A stretch of DNA of 64,000 bases, from positions 41,168,001 to 41,232,000 of the forward strand of contig OZ287752.1 of the NCBI GenBank assembly GCA_965649765.1, given 5' to 3'. A program made the translations under genes and the position numbers. This document shows, piece after piece, positions 12,501 through 25,300 of the stretch; position 1 is the first letter of the stretch, and every line of letters begins with the position of its first letter. This DNA comes from Bispira polyomma. Lineage: Eukaryota. A model generated the notes under the pieces. It was not told the DNA's origin. It did not search any database and saw nothing but the letters and a program-made list of their open reading frames with translations.

Positions 12501-13199
12501 TTTAACTAAAAATACTATTGAAGATACTTCAACAACTGCATATTATAGTGTGATGAGTCATTAATTAGTGAAAGAATCAGGAAGCAACACAGGGTAATTG
12601 GTCAATGTTATCTGCATTGTAAACTACTGACCTCCAGCAAGTCTACTGCCAACATTCCCACATATAGCAAGATGGTGAGAGTGTTACCTCTTTACCACCA
12701 AGGTCCCTGCATTTAATGAGGGAGTGAATAGATCACAAATGTCCAACGTTTGAATTTAAGAATAATGACAGTGGTGGAAAGGACATGGATGGTTTAATAT
12801 GAATTCATGACTTATCGCCTCAGAAAACAGGATCAAATATTCACTATAGTCCAATGACATGATAAATGTTTCATCGTAAGATTTTCCAAACTTCAATATT
12901 CATCTGACTGACAGGACATGACAAAAATAGAAATAAGATCATATACAAAGGTTATCCAGACTGCTCCCTACACGACACCACACGGCAATTTGACTTGGAT
13001 AATTCTCTAAAAAAAAATAATTGTCTCATCGGGTATTTATATATTGTTTGTACATAAATGGCTTTGTGTGATGTATTGATTCCCTCTCCTGGTGGCTGTG
13101 GATGTTTGTTTTTGGGACGTGTAGTGCTTTGTCGTGGTCGTGGTTAGTGTAAGAGAGATGTGGGCAATGTCAAAAGAAGTACCTTGTCAGCAATAAAGA

Positions 13200-15780
13200 A
13201 ATGTACTGTAAGAGTGAAGCACAAGTGGAGAAGTAGAGGGGAGATTCTTTCATGTGGCCATCAAAGAGGTTTGAAGTGTGAACTAGACCTTCTACTGTCC
13301 ATGGTTAAATTAGTACTTAGAGATAGCAAATTTCAAGATGTTACAGTTAGTATTGAAGTGGCAAAATGTGGTCAACAATAAGCAACATATGTTCATTATC
13401 TTAAAATAGCTGTGGTTGATCTCTGTGGACTTAATACGTACTTGGATGTTAGCAGTGATGAGTGTCACTAATAACAGGATAACAAACAACATTTGTAGCT
13501 CATTTGATTGTGATATGCAAGAAGTGGGTTTAAAAGAAGCCCACAAGTGATATATACAACATTTTCAAAACTGTCAATCTGAACTGAGACTCAAGCTCAC
13601 CTCTCTATGGTCTCACCATCTTTCTATCTTTCAAAGCTACGGCTACAGGCTGCCACATAGCCTTTTTTCTGAATCAGAGTTTAAGATTGAGTTCAATTGG
13701 AGAATACAGTGTTCCCTGTGTGCAAAAAGAAACTGGACTTTCAAACCTAGTACAAAGCATGTGTGTATATCTATCTACTAATTGTAAGGACATTGGGACC
13801 AGTTGATACAAATATTTGATGGAAATCAATATGTATTACTAGGTTGTATTTAAGTGTACTATTCTCATTGCATCAGGCATTGAAGATAAGTATTACTACC
13901 TAGTTTATGTTTTTAATTCCCAGACCCGCAAAATAATGTCCCCAAATGTTAACAAATGATTAGATGGTAAGTGAAACATTGAAGGAATTTGTAACTCGTA
14001 CATTCCTATCAAATATAAAGACAGAAATGTAACATCATAGAGAGTCATGGCCTGACACATATTAAAAAAAAAATGCTGGTAAAATTCTGGTATATTCAGG
14101 GATGGTATTCACAAAATGGCTAAGCAAAGACTTTATCTTAGATCTAGTATACATTTGTGCTAGATTTAAGACAATGTCTAGACAAAGACCTTTTGTCAAT
14201 ACCACCCCTAGATTTGTCAAGAGATATCTAGACTCTTTCATCGTATTTGACATTTTCTTTGGTGCAGTTTTATTTCAAATCTAGTGTCACCTTGGGAGTT
14301 TTCATGGTAAATACCAATGGATGGGAATCTAAGAGTGCAGCTTGTATAATGTTAATGAAGTTATAGACATCTAATGGACCCCCTGACCCGTGGCATATAT
14401 GGGCAGTTCGTGCTGATGGACCTCAACATAAGTTGGACAATATGGTGTTCTAACACTGTAAGAGGTAAAGCATATATTTTAATTCAGACATGTAGTTACA
14501 TACAAAACCATGGCCTGGTCCACTGTAGACTGAACAACCACGGAAGGCCAGTGCATCCAAAACCTCCACATTACATACATCCACATTTGCAAAAGCACAA
14601 AACTTAAGGAATTCTTAAACATAGAAGTATATGTTAATGTGGTACCGGGGCAATAACCTAAGTACAATCTCTGGTGAGCCTTTTGTAGGAGAGAGTTGTA
14701 GCCGGAAGTAAGCACCTTCAATAAATATAAAAGAGATGTTTGGTTACAATACTATCATCCACAAAATCGAGTGTGCGATTAACATAATACCACACAGGTT
14801 TTCCTGTTCCAGGATTAAACCATTTGGATAAAATGATCATCAGTTGGATTGTTAGCACCCAGCACATGTTTAAATGAGATTTGAATGTTGTGCTCAGCAG
14901 CGACAGCCCAGGTGTTCCTGGGCAATCCAGTAAGATGGGACCTCTTCCCCTACCAGAATTGAGAGTTGTAACCACAGCTTGGTTATCGCAATTCAACAGT
15001 GCTTTACCTTCAACCCATTCAGGGGCCCACAATCTAACTGCAACCAACATATTAAGGATTTCCAAGCAAACAATGCCATAAACTTTTGTAATGTCCACTG
15101 GGAGGTGGTATGCATCCCACACACCGCCTATACCCATTAGGAAAGCATTTAGTTCTATAGAAAATTGTTCTAGCTTTGATTCGGATAAGTCCCATAAAAG
15201 TGTATCAACAGCTGCTTGGGCTTTACTGGGTAAGACAGAATCCAAATCCAAATCCTATCATCTAGATACAAAATCATTCAAATGCGTTTGTTAATCGGGT
15301 ACATATAATAGGCTTTCCATTACAGACCAGTGAGACAATAATGCAGGGGGTCGGTCCACAAGAAACTGCCTAAAAGCTCTCTGAAGGTCCAAATTCTACA
15401 GTAAGGCCCCTGAACTTTCAAACTCTGGTTTAATACTATAAACATAAACTGGTACCAGGTAAACGTGTTTTGGTACACTAGAGTTAACAGAATTGCCTAT
15501 GGGCCACGACAAGTCAACAATAATGACTATAACTACCTGTATTTCTAGGCATCACTGGGAGGTATGCTGTCCTGTGACTAGACCTGTACTAATTGGTCCA
15601 AAGATTGCACTAGATTTAATTTCCTCTGGCAAATGATAATGATCAACATGAGTCGGGATCAATAAGGCTGACTTGTGATTACTATGTTCACTACTAATAC
15701 ATGCAGTGGCATAGGGGAAGTCCAAGGGAAAGCCAAACTGGCTAAATTACAGCAATTGCCAAATAAGTTCGGCTCCTATT
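13200..15780 (-). mobile_element. Decayed DIRS/Ngaro-type tyrosine-recombinase retrotransposon
   Basis: RT motifs IIVDLSWP (~15502-15525) and DLQRAFRQ (~15365-15390); DIRS-type RNase H in ORF 14718-15251 (LEILNMLVAVRLW...CDNQAVV). Left boundary uncertain. Confidence 0.75.
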
Positions 15781-16307
15781 GTACGACATTACTTTGTATC
15801 CGTTGAGTGAGACGTCCTATACATCATTTAACATTTACATGCGCGTTCAGGCATTGTACTTTATTACTGATGTAACATATACAAACTACCCACAGCTATT
15901 TTAATATGTATATATATATTTTTTTCACACACAGCAAACATAAGAAATATATCTCCTAATATAAAATGTGTCGGCAGTAGTTGATCTCATCTAATCAAAC
16001 ATTTATAGCACTTATCTTTGTGCTAGCAAATCCTAAGGTGCATGAGACAGAAAATCATTTTGACAATTTCATATAACCATTGGAAGTACAGGGGTCGTGA
16101 CCATGGAGACGCCAGAAAAGGGTAAGGTGGAATAGCCTGCCTAAATTGGTAGGTTTTGAGGTTTTTCCTAAGTTAAAACTAATGACATATTCTTTAACAA
16201 AATGAGTTTGTCCTCCGTCATCATTCGTATAGACAAAGCAAAAGGATATATCCCATCACCACCGTCAATTACTTCGAATAAATTCTGGCAGGGGCAAAAT
16301 ACACTCT

Positions 16308-16392
16308 TCAAAAGTAAAAAGCTGTAGCAAAAGCTGTACTCTTTGGTCTTCCTGTGGAAGGTTCTAGATTTCTCCAGATCTCTTTTGATGAT
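16308..16392 (-). CDS. BHMT: BHMT copy B exon 8 (85 nt, terminal)
   Basis: [28 protein letters not shown]; aligns with BHMT KEYWENL..ASGRP. Confidence 0.9.
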
Positions 16393-19300
16393 CTGTAACA
16401 AGAACACCATGGTTGATGTAAAATATCTACCCTTTGGCTTTCTATAGTTTTAATGCAGAAAAAAAAATCCTTAAATTTCATGTTGATAAACATTGAAAAA
16501 TAATATATATTTTTGATATTATCAAGAGTTTTATTCATGAAATAAATATGTTTATATAGATATTGATATAAATATATTTGGCAATATATAAAATTACTAA
16601 GATGTACCTGTTCCTGAGTAAATCTCTGGGACTTGTTTCCAGACCAGACAGGATGTGGTCAAACTCTTGGGTAACTTCTGCTACTTTCCCACGTTCTTTT
16701 GTCAATTCTTCTGACATTGCCCTGTAAAGATATGGAACGATAGTCCATATTTAAGAGCTAAAAGAGCTGGATTACAAATGCTTAATGGATACTGTGTCTT
16801 ATTCAATTAATAAGCTGCATATATAACAATATACATTTGTTGATCATTATGTGTGTATATTTAGTTTAGTTATGCTACTAATACAATAAGATCGTTTGGC
16901 ATATGTGGCCCCTGAATAAAGACTGGCCTTATAATGGCAACATTGCTTCCATACCTTATGTGATAGGGTTCAAATCCACAGCATCCTCCAATGTATCTCA
17001 CACCTAGTTCGTAGGCTTCTCTGGCATACTTCTGGGCTTCAAATCTAGTAATCACCCTTGGCTCATATGCTGAAACCACCATACTAGTACAACTATTACA
17101 CAATCTAATAACAGCCAACTGAAAGACGAAATAATATGACAGTTTGATAATCACTTATCTGGCTGTTTCAATGTTGCCAGATCAAATCATAATATATATA
17201 TATATATATGTGATATATAACAAGGTGTTATATCGGTGTATGCATGCAATATTACTCTTCTTAAGAGAAAGAGGTACAATTTCTTGTTGTAGTTATAAAT
17301 GTTTAATTAACTTACAAATTTCATTATTTGTTACATGTAATGTGTTATATATTATATTGTTATCGCCTTGTTGTGGTCAACCGTGGCCTAGTGGTTAGGG
17401 ATTTGGTTGATGATGATGATGATCAGAAGGTCCTGGGTTCTATTCCCAGCACCAGCCGCTAGTTTCATTGGTGGGATAACATTCTTCGGCAAGATGTGTA
17501 CACATGTTTGCCTAGTGGCTTAGATGACCACGTAAAATGGTGGTCCTCTGTCACTGGGTCTTACCCCCAGTGGAAGGCTAAAGATCCTTGGGGACGTTTG
17601 TAAATGGTCATCCTCAAGCCTCTCTTTAGTTGGGGGAATGACAGTAACTGAGGCATTTGACTGTTGCAGTCAAGAGAGGGTTAATTAACTCTCTGAATAC
17701 CAGATGAAGGTATATATATAAAGTATATATCTAAATACAATACAATCAATACAGTAAATTAAAATGTTTAAACATACAACATGAAAATGTGTCAATTTAT
17801 ATCTGCATTAATATTTTTATTTAAAGTGTATTTAGGCCACAGGTAGATAGATATTCACGTCATTATTCCATGATACCAAATTACAATGAATCTGTAAATC
17901 TTATGCACATAATATAAAGAAGTAGCCAAAATAAGAGTCAATATAGGTTATATTAAGAGCCACAAACATGATTATAGACTGCCCAACCCCCTCACACGTT
18001 GGTTACGACAGTCAATATTATCTTGGTAAATTAATTTAATCCCAAAGGTCAATTAGCTTACACTTCAGCTAACGTATGTGTTCATTAAAAGGTGATAAAC
18101 AACATATAACATAGGTAAGAATATGGTGAATGTACTGGCAGTGTATTTACCCATATAGTTCTCCGGAGTGTGTAAATAGCCTTTCTTAGTCTCTATGTCT
18201 GGGGTAAGCAGTGCCAGTGACTGACACATTAGGTACGGCTTCAGGTTTTCCTTTTCTAGGGCTTCCTTCATCACTCTGATACTTTTCAATGAGACATTTG
18301 GTCCAAATGAACAGTTCACTCCAATGATATCAGCCCCTAATAACATACACAATATATTACAGAAAGTCAGTAATATAATTGAAACATTGTCCTGCAAAAT
18401 CTGACAATATTCAACTTCATAGCATTAAGATATGCAATAGAAGAAATTGGAACAGTATTTTTCAATAAAATGTTATGTGAAATGTAATGCCACAATATTG
18501 ACTAAACTAAAAGCACCCAACTTTAAATAACAAAATTAGAACATTTTCTGCAATTTATATTCATGGCTACTTTGTCTTATATACCAGCCACAACTATGGA
18601 CTTAATATTTTATTCCTAATTTATTTAGCTCTGACACCACTTTAATTTTACTTCAGCAGAGGTGAATGTTTACATTATGAATAAAGCTATCTATGGAGAC
18701 TTTATACAGTAGTAGTACCTGGCCACAGGAAAATATTTTACTCTAAATTGATAGCAGTATGTGACTATGGACAATACGTTCATATTTGTATATGACATAG
18801 AAATAACCTGCTTTAGCCATGCGAACGGCACACTCTGCTGTCGGTACATCATTCATATCTGCATGTGGACCAACACACATTGTTGATGCTACAGGTTTCC
18901 CAGTTTCTTTGGCAGCCTCTATGGCCCATTCAATCTCTTCTATTGTAGAGAAAAACTTAAGAATACATGGAAGTAAAGTAAAAATTATTATGACAACAAT
19001 CACAGCAGATTAAGTGTAATAGCCCAGTCACACCTACACATGTTAGAGCTACGTTTATGTGACGTTTTTAACTGTTTGGAAACCTAGTATAAAGGTAGTA
19101 GAAGCTAATGCCAAAGTGAGGATTCCTGGTGCGTTCGTTTGGTGACGTTACTTAATGGATGGTATCGTTCCGGAAACGTTTCCGTTTGGTCGGTGCGACA
19201 ATTATTTCAAACTGTTTGAAATAGTTGTGACAGAGCTCTCCATTTCTCGAGGACATCTCCACTCCTCTGTATAAGTAGCATAACGTAGCATAATGTAGCA

Positions 19301-22300
19301 GTAAATAGTGAGATCGTCTCCACTTGTCTGGTATTCGTCGTAGAACGTTTCACTAGGTATCATAACGCAGCCGAACGCACCAGTAAGTAACAGTACATAG
19401 TAGTAGGTAGTGATATCCTACCAATAAAGTGATCGATTTTTCCCCCACTTTTCCATTAAGATTACGCACCAGTAAGTAGCAGTACATAGTAGTAGGTAGT
19501 GATATCCTACCATTAAAGTGATCAATTTTTTCCCCCACTTTTTCCCCCCATCATCACAAAAACGTCACAAAATGTCTCAATCGACTGCACCTTGGTCAAA
19601 ATGACGTCACTTTGACACAAAACTACCCCGTTTTTAGATATGTAGCATTTCTACGTTGTGGGACGATAGCACGTTCAGGTGTAACAGGGCTATTAAGGTA
19701 AAAATTTATCTTATGTAATTATTATTATTAAATTTTTAATGCACTTTATTAATGCTAGGCATCTTCTAAAGCGTAACAGCAGAATCATTGATCAATTCAT
19801 TAAATCCATAGACATAGCAAAGGAACAAGGAAGTAGGAGCGTGCACGAGGGAAACTAATGTGGATAGGCAAGGTTTCAAACTTTTTTCTAAAACCGCTAA
19901 GTGTGTCAACTGGGCTGAGGTTGGGAGACTGTTCCATAACAATAGATATGCAGTGGAGAACGCTCTGGATCCCGTCTTCCTGATGGGACTGACCCAAGAG
20001 ACAGAGAGTCTGTTGCCTCTCTTGCGCTTACTGAAGGAGAGTAGGAGAGAAGGGAAGCAAGGTAGGAGGGCTGTTGAGTAACTACAGCCTTAAAAGTGCT
20101 AACATGAATCTTGAACAAAAGATGAGAATGAATGGGCGGCCAGTGTAATTTGTTGAGGTAAGGAGTGACGTCTGTGCGACAACCCAGGCAAAAAATAACC
20201 CTGAATAGGTGGTTTTAGATGGACTGGAGCTTTTTAATATGTGACTTGTTTGCTCCGTCCAGAAGAGAGTTGCAGTAGGCGAGGAGGCTACTCACAAGGG
20301 CATTAGCCACAGTTATTGCTGTGTTCATGGACAGGTGGTTTTGGATTCTTTTGATGTCACATATATGGTAATAGCATTTTTCTTGCTATAATCAATGTTT
20401 AGTCATACTCCTAATATAGGTCAAGAAGCGACAATTTCACAACATGGCATTTATCATCAGTTGATGGTGTGTTTCCAAGGATGTTATCCAACAATAATAA
20501 CCATTGAGACCTTCTGGTCATCAAACTGATTATTTCTCCAGCTGGGAGTCAAACCTGGACCCTCTGATCACCTGACCAACTCTCTAATTACTAGGCCACG
20601 AAAGAAACACATAGATATGAAATGTACTACTAAATTGCTTTATTCTTTTTTAATAGTTTTTGTTTTTACACAAAGACATACAGACAATGCACGATTACAA
20701 TATACACAATATACAGAAAACATAATTTGTATTGGAATGTCTGGAGGTAAGTTTCTATTCCAGTTGGATGTGATAGTTTAAAACTTTTTGTACCATGGGA
20801 CAGTTTCAAGAAATAGATAGGTTTCAATCCATTTATCCAGCGATGTTGGTGCTTGCATTTTTTTGTTTATAATCTGATTAGACTCAATGCATCTAATTTC
20901 AAACTAAACTTCTCGATGAATTTGTCTGTTTGTAATATCTGACCTTGATAGTTTGTTAGGTCTGCAAAAACTATTTTTTTTTGCATGAATTACAAATAAT
21001 TTTAGCTCTTTTGCTTGTACAGGTTTATCCTGTATACATATATATTTTAGTGTTTGGAGGAACAGCATGAAATTCTAACCAGCAATCAATAACTTGTTTA
21101 TGGAATGGTGTAAAACCCTTATCTGTGTGAAAGGCTGGCAGTTTATTTTTAATTTTATACTGCTGTATATTTAACACATACCATTTTAGGTTTTGCAATT
21201 TTCCTTGTGAATCTGATTTTGTAACTATTTTTTAATTCATTTAATTTTTGAGGTTAAGTGTATGCCGTAAATATCAGGCATTTCGAGACCTCCATTGAAT
21301 ATGGGGCAATTATGGTACCCTTTTAGATTTGTAGATATTCCCAATGTTTTAAAACGGTTTCAATTGATACTTATTTTGTTTGTCGTTTTTGATAATGTTA
21401 TACTTTATAATTTACATGTACCAATATATATATATTCCATATTGATTTTTAGACCAAAAGAATTCTCAAATTTACGTAAAAGTGCTATTAATTGAACAAT
21501 GGATTTAATATTATTTACAAATATTGTTGTATCATCAGCTAGTTGGCATATTTTATATTCTCTCTTCTCTATCCTTGTACATGCTATATTCTGATTATTT
21601 CTGATTTTGATAATTATAATTTCAGCTATCAATATAAAGAGGAACGCTGATATTGGAGATCCTTGTGTTATGCCCCTACCATATATTTGAAAAATAGCCA
21701 TTATTAATAACACAGGATTCTATTTTGTGTACAGTATTTTTATCCATTGCAAAAGTTAAAAGATTTTAATGTTCCGAAAAGGAATGGCCATTGAACACTG
21801 TCAAAAGCCTTTTCAAAGTCAACAAGAACTAGGCTTAGCACGACAGAGAACGGATGCATATTTGTATCCTCCGGAAAGACAAAGCACCCTAGGTAGCAAG
21901 CACCCTAGCTAGCACCCAAGGTAGAAGCCTTTGATTTCCTTTGGGGCATTTATGCTTAAGCCTTAAATGGCACAAGTGGGTTTCATATTGCAAACCTGTG
22001 GGACCAATAATAAGTGTGAGATAGGCATTTTAAAGTTGGCCTACACATTTGACCTTGAACGAGGGGTATAAGGTAATAGCTGACCATATCAAAACCAGCC
22101 CATGATTTCCTACAGGTTGGTTCACATCCCAAACTTGTACAACCAATAAAAAGCGATATATAGGCAAATTTAAGTTAGACCAAGATTGATGTTTAGTTAG
22201 GAGCCCAAAGTCAAATCAGATCACACCAAAAGATTCCCAGGCCTTGATTTCCTACAGGTTGGTTTTAATATTCAAAACCTCTAGAACCAATAGTAAGCAA

Positions 22301-25300
22301 GATATAAGCACGTTTAAGTTTGGCCATCCACATTTGGTCTTGAACGAGGGGCGCAAGGTTAAATCTGAGCACATCAAAAGATTCACAGTTCATGATTTCT
22401 ATAGTTTGGTTTGGAACTCCAAACCTCTGGGACCAATAATAAGTGAGATATAGGCACTTATAAGTTTGACCTAAAACGAGGATTCCCAGGTCATGATTTC
22501 ATATAGGTTGGTTTCACATCCAAAAACTGTTTGACCAAAAATAAGCAAGACATAGGCACTTTCAAGTTTGGCAATCTCTGTTTAACCTTGAAGGAGAAGC
22601 CAAAGGTCAAATCTGAGCACATCAAAATATTTCCTGCTCATGATTTCCTGTAGGTTCATTTCAGATCCCAAACCTCCAGGACCAATATTAGGCAAGATAT
22701 AAACACTATTAAGTTTGGCCAAAATCGGTCCCTTTTGTACTTTGGCAGCCTGTCGATGATCTTGAATGGGGAGATTCAAGGTTAAATGTCTGCATGCTTT
22801 TGCAGAACATATATATCTGTTAAACATATAACCCGTAAAGAGATTCAACCTTCTACAGCTGAGAAACAGACACAGTTAAAAGCCTGAATATTTTCAAAGA
22901 AACGCCTGTGGCGGCCATATTGTTTTTCAATGCAAAAAATATATACATCATGATAATATGCTCACTGTAAAAATAAACATTTTCATAATAATAAATTAAG
23001 GTTAACTTACTTTAAAACAAGTGTAAGTGTCATTTGAGGTACAAGATGACAAAACCGGCAAACGTTTCAAAATTTGTCAAGAAATAGAGTTAATTCAGAT
23101 ATTCATAAAGAAAATAATGGCTTGACAAATTATAATGCATATGTATTTATTATTTAATAAAAAATGATAGATTACAACAGTCACAATCAGGTATGCAGAA
23201 GTCTAGACACTAGCTGAGTTATATTTTGCAGAAAGACACTGAATATATATATATATATGTAAGTAGTATTTACTTTCACAAAACATACCTCACAAATAAT
23301 GAAGTCTACATCACAGTCTTTAAAAAAATTAAGATGACTTCTGAGTTCCTTGATGACCTCTTCCTTCCCTTTCCTATGGTATCTATAGGCCAATGTTTCT
23401 GAAATACTGATTGACACAAGGGCATCCCCAGTGTCAGCAACTTCTCTTGCCAGTTCAAATGCAGCTTTATTTACCTCTGAAGCCTAAATACAGATATACA
23501 AAGTATGATTAAGAGCTCATATATATGTACATTATACAATGTTACTCACTGCTTTAAAGTGGCATATGGAACAATAATAATATAGAACAAGAAAAATATT
23601 TTTATTTTTTTTTTTTTTAAATTTCATTTTTTATTCTCCAATTTCACACATCATATCATATAATTACAAGTACATAAATAGAAATATATATAAATCTTCA
23701 TACAAGCATAATTTGGTACATAAAGAAAGTAAAATAAAACAATTACATTTGTAAATACATAATAGTCAAAACAGTAGTTCACTGTACTAGGAAAACAAGA
23801 ATAAATAGGGAAATACACTCAAATACATATCAATACTATCAATCACAAAAATACATCTTCTATATATTTACATTAAAGAGCGTCTTCATATTTAACCAAA
23901 TTTTTTTAAATGTGTGTTCCCTTCCTTTTTCTTTATTTGCATAATATTCGTTTTGGTAGATATTTTCAATTTTATTTTTTAGGGTATGAAAGTTTAAATT
24001 TTCTTTGTTTATAGCACATGAGAAAATATAATGTTTAGTTGCTATTATAATAACAAGAAAAATATAGTGAAAACATGCATTCAGTAACCAAATCATTAAG
24101 CAACCAGTGGCTTTTAAGAAATCACTGGTTAAAATTGGGCTAACTTAGGGTCAATTTATCACCAAACCGGACCCTAAAACAGACGTCCAGTGAACTGTAT
24201 TGGCTAGCTACATGGGCGATATTCAAAGATTTTGCACAAAAAGTGATGCAAACATTGTAATTTGATTAACTTTTTGGAACTATTTTTTTTATTTTGAAAT
24301 CCTTACTTAAAGTATGTTAACAAAGATAGGACTAAACTCATCCACCTTTTCATTCATATAATCCGTCAATGTCACCTCGTTTTTGCAGACAGTATAGCCC
24401 CACCTGACAAAATTTGCAAAATATCTATTTTCTTGAAACCATCGAAAGTGTGTATTTAAATATTGTAAATAAATGGATTAGTGAATTTTTTTTTATTAAT
24501 CAAACAAAATATGTGTCACTTTCCATGGGAGTTTTATATTTTAAAGTTTGTTGTCGAGATCATTCGCTCATGCACTCGTCCCACCGGATTTACGTTAGCC
24601 TATGTTAACCACGCAAGGCTGTCGCAATTATTTGATGCAAAAGTCCATGCACAAGTCTATTTTTTTTTATTACATCAAAGGCGTTGCCTATGTGAGAAAA
24701 GTGGTAGTTCCTTACTGTGGGCCGCTGGTTTCAGTGCAAAACCTTGATCAAGTGTATGCAGTGTTTCCTCCAGCGTTTCCAACTACCCATCCCAATATAA
24801 CCTAAACAGGTACTAGAGTGGACGTTAAATATCCAAATTCAATTCAATACATCAAAGGCAATAACCCAGAGATGCACATCAATACCTGTAAAGACTTGCC
24901 GCTTAAGCAACAATTCACGTAAAGTTACGTATTAAATCGCACACATTTGTATGCAAAGACGGTAATATTACGTGTATTACGTTAACATTCGTTTGGCTAT
25001 GTCAAACCACGTTATACTCTGCCACAAAGCTCTCGCAAATATTTATGTTAAACCATGCAACAATCTTACAGGTTTGCATTTCGAAATTTCAAACAGTTTG
25101 AACTTACAAATTTCTTGCGTAACATCTCCCACGTCAGGTTAAGTACTATCATGTCCAATACATTAAGTCCTGCATACTCCATGCAAACCCTACGCAAAAT
25201 TAATTTTCTAACAACTGTTAATGTGACGGCTGGTGGGACCAGGGTATAACTGTGTGCTTTTGCACTGCTAAAAATGGACACAAGAAAGTATGGACACTAT

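Noticed and set aside
16168-16410. [21 protein letters not shown]... as the terminal exon frame
   Set aside because: Wrong frame. The phase-2 junction gives [16 protein letters not shown], which matches BHMT.
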